A DNA stretch of 20,000 nucleotides from Trichoplax sp. H2 (taxonomy: Eukaryota): NCBI GenBank assembly GCA_003344405.1, contig NOWV01000265.1, positions 59,747 through 79,746 of the forward strand, given 5' to 3'. Within the stretch, counting starts at the first letter, position 1; each line of letters starts with the position of its first letter. The notes under the pieces were generated by a model. That model saw nothing but the letters and a program-made list of their open reading frames with translations, did not search any database and was not told the origin of the DNA. Shown in pieces: positions 1 through 10,959 of this stretch. The position numbers and the translations under genes are program-made.

Positions 1-22
1 TTATAGTTTATCAAATAACAAC

Positions 23-3000
23 CTCAATAAAACTGGATGGACTTCTTCTGTTAGTTCCGGTTTATCTAGATCTTCTAACGTAGCTTCAGGATGTTCCTAG
101 AAAGAGATTTCAATCTAAATAAATATGTAAAAGTGTATGCCATAGCTAAGAATAATGTCGATCTTACCCTCCACAAATCTTCTAGCCTATTGATTTGTTG
201 CGCAGTAATCTGACATGGAAATTAAAAGTTAACGCAAACAACGGTTTATTAGCAGAAAATGCTATTTTTAAAGTTATGGGATTCGCAATTATTAAGATGC
301 ATTTCCAAAAATCAATAATTTTAAAGCCGCTAAAATTCAAATATGCATATTATAATCTTATCAATTGTACCTGCTTGGCTCTCATTTGTTCTTGGTCACT
401 AGGTACCTTAACAAGCCATTTACGGAAGCACTTTTCATCAATTAATGACTGCCACTGACTTTGATCCCTATGGGTATAAATATACTTAGTTTTAGCTGTC
501 GGTTTTGAAGATTTTAAAAATAAATACTAAATTAGCTTTATGATAATAATATAGTTGTTAACTGAATTTACTAACCAGTCATCATCTTTCGATTTTGTCA
601 ATGTTGCACAAGGATGTCTTATTAGAGAAGTTAAAAATATCAATTACTTCATATTGTACGTATAATACGTACGTTACATTAATTTGTAGGTATATAAAGC
701 AAGATAAGAATGAATGTCAGCTGTTTCGCTGGTTGGCAATGTTAACATCATTAAATCTTCAGTGATATTTACTATAGTAAAATAAATTATACTATTTTAC
801 GATCGTTGAATGTAATGATATACATGAAATATGGTCGTAATATTATACTATGCATGTTACTATAGCATAAATGTATACGGGTATATTGTTCATGAACACT
901 TACCGGCAAAGTAACACAACAACAGAATCAGATTTGGCTGGTATGTAACCTAGTACAAAGATATTTCTACAAGCACAATTGTAACATTCTAGTACTGTCT
1001 CTCCGAGAGGTCCATCTTTATGAAGTGTTACTTCTCTGTGCTTCGCTCTCACCAAATGGTTAATGATATGACTATTGAATAATTAATTGGTAATTTATTA
1101 GTAATGAAGTAGTTACGATTCTGTAATTACAATAGAAATCTCCAATATTCCACACTTGCTAGTCGTAAATTGAACTGCTTTATTCTGCTACTACGTCGAA
1201 TAGTAATGGAGTACAGAAGAGAATAGAATCATATTATTAGAGCAATCTGTATTTGAAGCACAGTCAGGAACCTGTCATACATTATATGATAGTAATGGAT
1301 ACTATAGTATTTACAGATCGAACTTAATGGGCATGCCAGCATTCAAATTGACCATTACGGAATGAATCTCTAGCAAATTATATTACTCAATATAGCATGG
1401 CTTGCATGAACTTTAAATTAAGAATTTCTAACACATGACGGTCAAGTAGAATATGACAACAGAGTTTAATGCATTGCTTTAATCTGTACCGTACACTATC
1501 TTCAAATAGTAGTAATTTATAATTTACAACAGTATAATAGGCCAACCTTCCTGATGTAGTACCACGGCCATTGCAAAACCATCTTTTGCATGTATTGCAC
1601 ATAACGACAGCTGCAGGATCATGAATGCCACAGTAACTACAGATTAAGGATAGAAAGTTTATAAATACGTCTGCGAATATAATACGTTCATGGTGCAGTA
1701 AGTTATAATGTGAACATTATCATAAAGATCTAGAATCTAGTTTATAGCACCAATTTTTAAGGTCTGCAAATGGATTATTACAGGCATAAGATAATACTGT
1801 CTCACTGGTCGTATAAAACATTCATTGTTAATAAGAATCGACTCATGACAAAGTAACGGAAATCAACTACTGCAATATTGTATATGGATTGCTGTACTGA
1901 GAGACTAGCATGCATATACTGTCATCAATTTTAAGATGTAGCTGTTGTCATTAATGTTCAGTAGTTTTCATTCATTCTATGTAGCACGACTTCATCATTG
2001 CTTATTACTCAATGGGTCGTGCAATCGATCTGACCTCTCTTGTCATGTACCTTTTATTCTAGAGTAATAAAATTATAATGTTCAAGGAAAGATTCACAAG
2101 TTTGTACCGGTCAGATGATTCAATAATTAGCATCATTCACATTTAATATTTATATGATATTATCCTAGGGGGGGGGGGTATCCTACATAGGATGGGAAAG
2201 TAATTTACAAGTACCATTTTGATAGCGCTATCAAAATGGATGGGATTAGCGTTTGAAAGTGAACTGAGCGTCATACAAGTATTACCATCAATCATGGAAT
2301 AGTATTCATGAATGATTAACGCGTATTCATGCTCAACATCCGTTGCATCTTTTCTACTAGTAGTATCAAAGACAATCCAAGGGAATAATTAATGATTTTA
2401 CTGGGCTAGTCCCATGGCTGTACAAATGGTCTTAGGTGCAGTAATTCTATTTTGAACTCTCTTGAATGCTGTCACTGTATGGAAAGTGATGGACAATACC
2501 TGAAATGATTGGTGGCTAACTAAAAACATGTAGGACATGTTTCCATTGCTATGGACGATAACTATTTATGACGCGAGTGCATAATCCATTGAAATAGTAT
2601 TGCAGCTCGCAAGATAGCCTTCAATGACTGTACAGTACTACAGAGGAATCCACTCAGTGGGCAGATTGGGAATAGAAAGTAGTAGAACGATTCTATCTTG
2701 GACCTTGTTGTATTCCCCATAATAAGTACTGTACTGTATACCTGCATGCATGTAATAAACGTTCCTTCTTATAGAATCCGTCCTCTTCATCTTCATCATC
2801 TTCAAAATTTAAATCGACCATTTTATCCGTGACATTAGTCAACAAGTTATCGCTGGCAGCCACCGCAGAATGGATATTGCGATTTCCAATAGTCGAATTT
2901 GTAAAAGATTTATTATTGCCATCGAGGTAGGGAACAACCGGATCCGATTGCGATTGTGATTGCGTTTGTGATGGAATTGTAAAATCTTTGAAATCATAAT

Positions 3001-3103
3001 CGCTAGCTTGAGTATCTCCGCCAAAATCACTGCTTTCAGGATCATAAAAAGTTAAAGTATTGGCCGTCGATGGGCCGTAAGCATCGGCATTGGACATCGC
3101 CAT
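23..3103 (-). CDS. UPF1: Regulator of nonsense transcripts 1 (UPF1/RENT1 NMD helicase), 5' portion; gene continues beyond the left edge
   Basis: Exons (- strand): 3103-2742, 1636-1547, 1071-904, 617-576, 467-371, 209-168, 96-23, all GT-AG and phase-consistent. Spliced translation: [21 protein letters not shown]...[13 protein letters not shown]...[94 protein letters not shown]...[60 protein letters not shown]. This is the UPF1 SQ/TQ-rich N-terminus plus the CH zinc-binding (UPF2-binding) domain. Confidence 0.98.
2214..2239. repeat. Perfect 26-bp palindrome in UPF1 intron 1
   Basis: CCATTTTGATAGCGCTATCAAAATGG equals its own reverse complement. Confidence 0.9.
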
Positions 3104-3131
3104 TTTGGGCTGTTCAACTATTTACCGCGAT

Positions 3132-3199
3132 TGACGTAACGATGATGTCCAAGAATCGCCACGATCGTACAATGACTGACACGGTCAACGGGTGTGACG
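3132..3199. promoter_or_regulatory. Putative UPF1 proximal promoter motifs: CRE/ATF-like TGACGTAA (3132-3139) and GGTGTGACG (3191-3199)
   Basis: Motifs lie 29-96 bp upstream of the UPF1 ATG in a locally CpG-rich patch. The same motifs recur, overlapping each other, upstream of the GLD-2 gene. Confidence 0.4.
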
Positions 3200-3251
3200 A
3201 TGGTTTTTATCAGTGCGGTGTGTTGGTGTTGTAACACGCGTGGTGACCATG

Positions 3252-3320
3252 GTACAGTACGTACTGTACAGTACAGTATACGGTACTACTGTACACTGTA
3301 CACTGTACAGTGTACTGTAC
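3252..3320. repeat. Self-complementary low-complexity TACAGTA/TACTGTA tract upstream of UPF1
   Basis: gtacagtacgtactgtacagtacagtatacggtactactgtacactgtacactgtacagtgtactgtac; a weaker patch follows at about 3542-3606. Confidence 0.85.
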
Positions 3321-4421
3321 GCATAGCGTTTCGTTTTCTTTTCATGTGCACAGTACAGCATGATCTTTTTCCTTTCCAATTCTTGAATATGAAGTTAAAT
3401 ACTTTAGTATTAACCAATGTCACATAATGTATACATCAATGAGAGCTTACTGTTTCCACATATACAAAATATTGGCCGGATTTCATTCAAAAAATGCCCC
3501 CGCATGTAATATGTGCTGATTCACCAGATTGGAAAAGGATCATACAGTACTATGTACTGCAATCCACAGTAGTAAGTACTGGCCTTCGAACAGTACTATG
3601 TACTGTGGGTGCACATTGAATTCATTATACACTATGGTATACTGGAATGATGTAATCCTGACCAGTAACCACCAACGTACATACTCAGTAGATAGTATCA
3701 AAGGCGATCATGATTCGATCAACCGGTGACAAGATGAATAAACCATATAAGCAAGCACATGCTCTTGATTGTCCATTCGACTGTTATGAATGATCGATTA
3801 CTAGTACTTTTCAAGTAATCTACAAGTATAGCAGAAAGGAGGAGATTTGTTCATTTACTATGGTACAAAGTTCGGCAACATGGAATACGATATACTGTAG
3901 TAACTGTATACTGTATGCATCCAAATATCATACTCCATGTTGCCCCATTTTCTACCATCGTGTTATTTTTACGCGTATTGATGCTATAAATAAATAGTTC
4001 AATTTATTACCGAGTCGGAAAAGACGATCGAATTCGAGTCTGATTTGGACTGATTACTGTATATAGATTGATATACAGTATTACTAGTGCTTTGGGGGGG
4101 GGGGGAAAGGATTTACACAAAAAGCGCTACTTTCGAAAACGTCTTGTCTTAGGTCGAGATATGACAGTATATTCGTACAGAACAGTAAAGTAGAATGTAA
4201 AGATTTTGGCCATTTTAACCTTTAAAATCCCATACAAGACGTGTACTGTATTGTTCAATATCATGGACTTACAGTACTACCAATGACCAGTAGTAATTTC
4301 TAGTAGTCCATGACTCTTCTCAATCCTGTAAATAATGTATAGTACTATTATTAAATGATCGATTGATTGATTTTAGGATTGATGACAATGTGCATTGTGC
4401 AGTGCTGTACTGTATTATGGC

Positions 4422-4471
4422 CTACTAAAATTGGTATTTTAAAATTGGTACTAAAATACCAATTTTAGTAG
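4422..4471. repeat. Perfect 20-bp inverted repeat with 10-nt spacer
   Basis: CTACTAAAATTGGTATTTTA (4422-4441) and TAAAATACCAATTTTAGTAG (4452-4471). A near-identical copy lies at about 4739-4788. Confidence 0.9.
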
Positions 4472-4597
4472 TCGTTTTAGTAGTAATTTTTGTAGTCGTT
4501 TTAGTAGTAATTTTAGTAGTCGTTTTAGTAGCAATTTTAGTAGTCGTTTTAGTAGTAATTTTTGTAGTCGTTTTAGTAGTAATTTTAGTAGTCGTTT
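4462..4597. repeat. Minisatellite: 24-bp unit made of two 12-bp subunits, TTTTAGTAGTCG and TTTTAGTAGTAA
   Basis: About 11 subunits visible before the N gap; a shorter array lies at about 4778-4835. It explains the TTTKITTK ORF at 4425-4640. Confidence 0.92.
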
Positions 4598-4617
4598 NNN
4601 NNNNNNNNNNNNNNNNN
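4598..4617. other. Assembly gap (20 N)
   Basis: Run of 20 n characters. Confidence 1.
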
Positions 4618-4837
4618 TAGTAGTCCATGACTCTTCTCAATCCTGTAAATATTGTATAGTACTATTATTAAATGATCGATTGATTGATTTTCGGATTGAT
4701 GACAATGTGCATTGTGCAGTGCTGTACTGTATTATAGCCTACTAAAATTGGTATTTTAAAATTGGTACTAAAATACCAATTTTAGTAATAGTTTTAGTAG
4801 CAATTTTAGTAGTCGTTTTAGTAGCAATTTTAGTAAT

Positions 4838-4943
4838 CTACTGTACTGTCCATATCGAATTCGATATTGACCACTGTAGCTTTGAGACCATTGTGCAGTA
4901 CAGTGTACAGTGTACAGTCATACTGTAGACTACAGTACTGTAC
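4838..4943. repeat. TACAGTA/TACTGTA tract upstream of the ceramidase gene
   Basis: ctactgtactgt...cagtacagtgtacagtgtacagtcatactgtagactacagtactgtac. Confidence 0.75.
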
Positions 4944-5345
4944 TCAAAAAAGACCTATCAAAGTTAGTACAAAGTCCTATACCAGTCAATCAGTCTATAC
5001 AAAATCCACGTCGCACTGGTCTGATTTAACTCTCTCGAACGTACTGTATGGATGCTCGGCAGCCAGCCAGTGATCAATCAATAAATTCACAAAAAGGACC
5101 AAAATTATTTTCCAATTCCACTTTGTTTGCATAGTATTGAGGGAAAAAAAGAAACTTTCCATCAATAGCAGCCATAACAAGTCTAGGTACTCTGTGAAAT
5201 AACCAACATTGATAACTAGTTTAGCCATCACAAGTTGATTTCTACTGCAGAGAATACAGCAGTTATCCAAAAAATGCAGTTCGATGTAATCCGTTGCAGG
5301 ACGATAGTGAAAGCTTTGATTTGATTGTAACCCCCCCAAAAATGG

Positions 5346-5378
5346 CACTAATAACAACTTTTTTCTCTCTCTCTCAAG
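5346..5378 (+). other. Putative 3' splice site of a 5'UTR intron of the ceramidase gene
   Basis: Branch-like CACTAAT, long polypyrimidine tract cttttttctctctctctc, then AAG|G, 72 nt before the ATG. An in-frame TGA at 5424-5426 makes this exon segment non-coding. Confidence 0.55.
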
Positions 5379-5450
5379 GTTGATTTTAACGTATTAGCTT
5401 GGCTACAACTCAATTTAAAGCATTGATTCATCGTGGTTATTACTGGGACA

Positions 5451-8400
5451 ATGCGGCACTTTGCTCGTGGTAGCTCTCGCGTAGATTGGTGCGAAACCAA
5501 CTATGTCCAATCATCTTATATTGCTGAATTTTATAACTGCGTAAGTACAGTACTATACTGTACAATACTCTACATTTTACATGGACAATTTGCTTTCAAT
5601 CAATTAATCACTACTTGGAAAATGGGATTCGGACTAATTACGACCGTCGTTGTCCATAGTCATTCCTTATCAACCATCTTACTAATTCATATGTCTATCA
5701 ACCTTCACGTAGGAGATACCACCTAGTCTTGAAAAAATCTTCAAAATGACATACCAGTACATAAATAGTTGACTCGACCAATGAATTGATAGAACGAAGT
5801 TCATTGAAAAACACCAATCGACCAGTTGTAGTTATATTATCAGCTCACAAAATACTTCCATCAGTAACTCAAATATTGCATTCTCCTCCATCTAAAGTAT
5901 GTGCATTAAAGTGTCAAATGAGATCGTATTTTCAAGTTCCTTAGTTCAAAAATCGTCGCTATGATGATACTCTTTATTTTTTCACCTACTGGAAATGAAT
6001 TTCTGTATACTGGAAGTCATACATAAACAACCAAGTACTGCACAGTACAGTATGACGCAATGTTGAACTACTTAGTCATATAAAATTAGCTCGTCAGTAT
6101 TATATTTCTTTCATTTGAAACACATCGTTGTAGCTTTAGTAGACACAAGGGTAAAGTAGTCTCCAAAAGTGGACACGAATAAAATGCACTATACACCTAT
6201 AGTTCAAACTATGGACGTATTTAGCCTGAATCGTGCAGTAGATCCTATGCTAACTGCAATCTCCAACGGTGCATCATTTTAGATTCATTTTTCTTTCGCT
6301 GTTAACTTTAGTAAATAGTTTTAATCCTTGGAAAATATTCAGTAAACACTTACCGCACAATAACATGATACTATTCTTATGCTATTAATAGAGCTCAATA
6401 ATAACTAATCATTAATTAAGAGACATATTTCTATTTGCTAGGACCATATTTGTTAATATAGTGATCGTTTACAGTTGATTGAACATGTTGATGTACTGCA
6501 GTATACTTTCCCAGTAACGAGATATCAATTGTATTGACTTACTTTATTCCTATTATGCATAGTAATGTAACATTTTGAAACTAAAAGGAAAATGCTTGCC
6601 GTCATGCATAGCATGTCTTTCTAACTCCTAGACAAAATTTCTATTAATTATAGGCCAGCAATATTCTTTTCTTTGTTGTACCGCCAATTTTAATGTAAGT
6701 GTCAAATTAAATATCGTTTTCACTGAAGTTTTCTGTAGACGTTGGACAAAGTTACGCTTGACAAAGTTACGCTTGTCAAAGTGTCGTCTTAATTTACTCG
6801 TTCGTTTACCGACTTTTCATCCTCTATATGATCCAATATTGCATACTTATTTCATTTGTAGCATAATATTGAATATTTTAAAGACTTGCTTTTATTTACC
6901 GTCTTTTACAACATCGCGCCACTGAATAAGAATAATAACGATATTACAGTACGCATACATTCCACTACTTGTTACTAAAAAAGTTTATAAGCAGACTTGC
7001 TATTGTTCTTAGTAAACTTCTCACTCCTGCATTCAATATATAATTAATTCATATTTACATATGTCGTGAAAATACAAGTTATATTCTTATTACTATACTG
7101 ACAGTCCCCGACAGCATCGAGGGGCAAACAAGCAATTAAATAGCCGATTTGATAAATATCATGAAAAAATAATGCTAAACGACGTAACTCGCGTTTGTCA
7201 ATATAGTACGGACAGGTATAAGCTTTGCAATAGAGATCATAAATCATAAAGGTATTGAACCGAACCTTTCTCAGGTCTACTTTACATGTCTGTCGTGAAT
7301 GAGTGCTGACATTATGTTATGCCAACATTCAGTAATCCTTGACGAATATTTATTTCTTTTACCGTGATACTAAGTCTCCACTTGTAGGCATACCCTTATG
7401 CGATTTGATCAAATTAGTACATAGTATAATACAACCATATCATACAATAATATAAAAAATTCATAGAAATGAAATTGTGTCGAAGGATGATAAAAACGGT
7501 GAAATTTTTTTTAGTCTTCTCGCTATAATACAATTTTCAAAACATGCTAGTAGCTAATATCATCTAAAGGAAGCACATCTCCTTATACCCATTTACTGTA
7601 GACCATAACAAATAATCAGCAACGAGACGACGTTGGTTATAAAAGAACAACTTGTAACCAGTAGTTCTTAACAGAAAACTGATATCAACAAAGTTAGCCA
7701 TTATTTGGCTTTAATGAAATTTATTTATGCTAATAGATCTCGAAACGAATGTAAACTGACAATTAATACCATGAATTAGTTATATACAATATTATTATAG
7801 ATTGTATTCATTTTGCCTTATTATACAGTATGACAATAATAGAACTGCTGTTTTTATTTTATTACTATTTGGTCCATTGTTTAGTAACATTAAAAATAAA
7901 ATATGTATTCTAGGTGTTTATTTCGACCTTATACGAAATGCATTAATGGTAATATGAACGTTGTACTGGTATTAATGATGTTCGTTGGGCTAAGTTCGGT
8001 CTATTTTCATGCCACTCTAAGTTTGCTTGGGCAATTAGTTGATGAATTATCTATACTGTGGTTAATGGCTAGCGCCTTTGGCTATTGGTTACCACAACGG
8101 ATATTGAAACAAATGCCTGTCATTAATGGGAGCAGGTAAGTTATTGTACTGCTCGTACTTTTTCATAACTGATACCTTATTATTACTGTCTTTCAAAAGA
8201 AATTGATACACTGCATACTGAAATTCCGTTTACTATACTCCTTATCCACTACCGTTTTCTTCTTATCGGTGTCCGTTCATTCAAATAAATATTAATCTAA
8301 TGAAACCTTAACCATGCATATACTGTACTGTATGTTAATGCGAGCAAAATAATTATACTTTGGAGTGGATTTCTGTATGCTAAATCTATCAAGTTTTTGA

Positions 8401-9573
8401 ATTGTTAAAATTGTTTCCCATTGGAAAATGTAGAATAGGTCATCAATTTAACAGCTACGGTATTCGTATAAAAATCCACTGTATTTTATATCTCAATACT
8501 TGATGTAGATTAGAAACATGTACACATTCCTTCCAAAATTGTGCGATTGTCAAATACTGTATTATAGTTAAGTTAGTATTCGAAACTATTGCAGATTTGT
8601 TAGCATAATAAGGAAATACAGTATATGCATATTTAGTGCAATACACACTAGTAGGCACTGCATAGTTAGTTTCTATTTATTTATTGCCTTTTGCTTAATA
8701 GTTTAATTTTACCACATATTTAGCACTGATACATGACAATTTTTAGAGTTATATTCCAGAGGGTTGTCTTCACTGTGGCTGGGATTACCACGATATTGTC
8801 TTGCATCAAACCTGAAATTAATGCTTTTGTACTTCTAAGCTTTGGATTACCTTTCGTTGTTATTGCTGCCAGAGAAGTTCGAAGGTACAAAATTAATTAA
8901 TATAATGTATATCTCTGCAAATCTTTACTTTGAGCTGCTTGTAAGAATTAAAGTTTACTGTTCTCTACAGTCATCTACTTCCTCGTGATAATGCTTCATG
9001 TATTATTCAAAGCACATTAATCAAAGAATTACACTGCAAGAACTAGCTTGCTTTCACATTCTAATTTTTACCCTATATCGTGAAGTTACAATTAGTACCC
9101 TGTAGTTATTTTATCTAGTCGCAGCTTTAACGGAAACTGTTCATATTGTTCCTATGCCATCATACACCTATAACTTAGTAATAACAGTACTTGACTTATA
9201 ATTTCAATTTTGCCAGATACTTAATTTACATCAATTTCATCTCTTTACCCACATTAATCGCAGGTGTAAGTGTCAACGTGTGAAGCAGTTATGTTGTTCT
9301 GGTGTTTTATGGTGGTGCTTGGCGGTAATATGCTGGATATCTGACCGTTGCTTTTGTGATCTATGGCTGGCACTGAAATTTCCTTACTTACATTGTGCTT
9401 GGCACCTTCTAATCGCGGTATCGTCTTATATCGGTTGTGTAATCTGTGCATATATTTTCGCGGCAAATGAAACTCCGGAACTATCGCCCAAATTAGTTTA
9501 CTGGCCAGTGGATAACCAGCTGGGATTACCTTACGTTCGAATTAACTCTGGTAAAAGAAATCATAAAGCTTAA
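5451..9573 (+). CDS. ACER2: Alkaline ceramidase (ACER1/ACER2-like, CREST superfamily), 266 aa
   Basis: Exons 5451-5540, 6654-6694, 7914-8135, 8747-8884, 9264-9573 (801 nt, GT-AG, phase-consistent, TAA stop). Motifs: SSRVDWCETNY...IAEFYN (Ca-binding N-terminus), SVYFHATLSLLGQLVDE (SxxxH plus Asp), CWISDRCFC, LHCAWH (HxxxH zinc ligands), and multiple hydrophobic TM segments. The symbol is approximate; it is probably a co-orthologue of vertebrate ACER1 and ACER2. Confidence 0.96.
6745..6782. repeat. 15-bp tandem repeat (GACAAAGTTACGCTT, 2 copies plus a partial) in ceramidase intron
   Basis: gacaaagttacgctt gacaaagttacgctt gtcaaagt. Confidence 0.85.
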
Positions 9574-10202
9574 GTTGCCGTATCCTTGCAGCCAATCGCC
9601 ACAACACTTTCATAAAAGTGCTGAGCACTTTTTGATTATGTCGGAATCTATACCGTTGTACTGTACGAAAGTATTATTGACCATTGTGGATTGTTAAATT
9701 TGCCGTAAAATTTTAGTATTGAAGCAGCGATAATGCAATCACTGTTATTATTTGTATTGAAATGCATTGCGCTCACGTATAGCTTTCGAATTATTTAAGA
9801 TAAGTAATTATAGAAAATATATTAAATAATACAATTGCTATATAAGTACTATAAAAAATGTCACTTTAGAGCAAAAAATCCAGTGTAAGTGATTATATTT
9901 GACCGTGAGTGCGTATCTATAATTAGTTGAAAATATCCTCATGATAACCAAGTCATGCTGTGATAATGATCTAAATTTTTTACAGTTCATCAATCGCTAT
10001 GAGTATTCAACATTGATTGTATAGTTAATGTTAAATCGCCATTACAGAATACGGGAAAACTTATCGAATTACAAAATGATATGTATATTTAAGAAAATAG
10101 TATAAGGTATTTATAAATCCAGACACAGAATCTATTAATAAAGTAACCTAGCATTGATAAATTAATAAAACATTTGGATTTATAGATATTACTACGATGT
10201 TG

Positions 10203-10723
10203 TAGATTACTACTGCATTTTCCACTTTATTATCGAAGCATCGTCTATCAAGAGCGATCGGATATTTTACAAAGATACTGTAGCTTGCTAATAGCTACAC
10301 TTAGCTGACGATTCGCTGTACTAAGAACACGATTTATATATTTTATACGTAGATTATCTACTTTGAACTCATTTGGGCGTCACTCTTGACAGGAAAACAC
10401 TTTTAGATTACTACTGCATTCTACACTGTATCACTGATGTACATCCATATGAATCACAATTACAGTTTGATATAGACCAATATAACTTAGACCTTTAGTC
10501 TTCCACACATTTTAGGCGAATAATTTTGATCTCATACTCTATATCGAAGCATCACCGTCTAAGAGAGATCGGATATTCTGCGAGGATACTGTAACTCACC
10601 AAAAGGTTACACTTAGCTGACGACTTGCAGTACTAAGAATACGATGTATACATATATATAAATTATACGTACATCATATAACATTAACTCATTTGGGTGT
10701 CAATCTTGATGGTAAAGCACTTT
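10203..10723. repeat. Diverged tandem duplication (copy 1 about 10203-10403; copy 2 about 10404-10723 with ~110 bp extra)
   Basis: Collinear shared blocks: tagattactactgcatt, tatcgaagcatc, gatcggatatt, gatactgta, tacacttagctgacga, gtactaagaa, ttatacgta, aactcatttggg, tcttga, cacttt. Confidence 0.88.
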
Positions 10724-10959
10724 ACGCTTAGGTAGTTATAGTTTGCAAGCAAAAATAATCAGTTTTATTATCTTTTACAATCTTATTTCATGTTGCAATA
10801 TAATCAGTCATAGAACTGCTGCAGTGCCTGAATGCATTGCAATAAAGATTCTTCCAATACTGCAATTAACTGAAGATCGTCGTAGGGAGTCCATAAATGT
10901 AGTTTGCATGAAATAAATACAGCAGATAATCATAGCCTCAACACGTTAATAGCATTTTA

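Larger units (their letters stand above)
4301..4835. repeat. Near-identical direct duplication (4301-4597 and 4618-4835) flanking an assembly gap
   Basis: Both copies begin tagtagtccatgactcttctcaatcctgtaaat. They differ by a few substitutions (aataatg/aatattg, ttttagga/ttttcgga, tatggcc/tatagcc) and in minisatellite length. Confidence 0.9.

Noticed and set aside
3185..3729. ORFs 3185-3379, 3194-3427 and 3529-3729 (also 4867-5073 and 19092-19358)
   Set aside because: Their Y/S/T/V/Q/C-rich translations arise from the TACAGTA tracts; no recognisable domains.
4462..4597. Regularly spaced repeats as a CRISPR array or telomeric repeat
   Set aside because: There are no unique spacers, the context is eukaryotic, and the unit is not TTAGGG-like.
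4425..4640. Thr/Lys-rich ORF (TTTKITTK)n resembling a mucin-like repeat
   Set aside because: It is the reverse translation of the minisatellite and spans the N gap; there is no splice or gene context.
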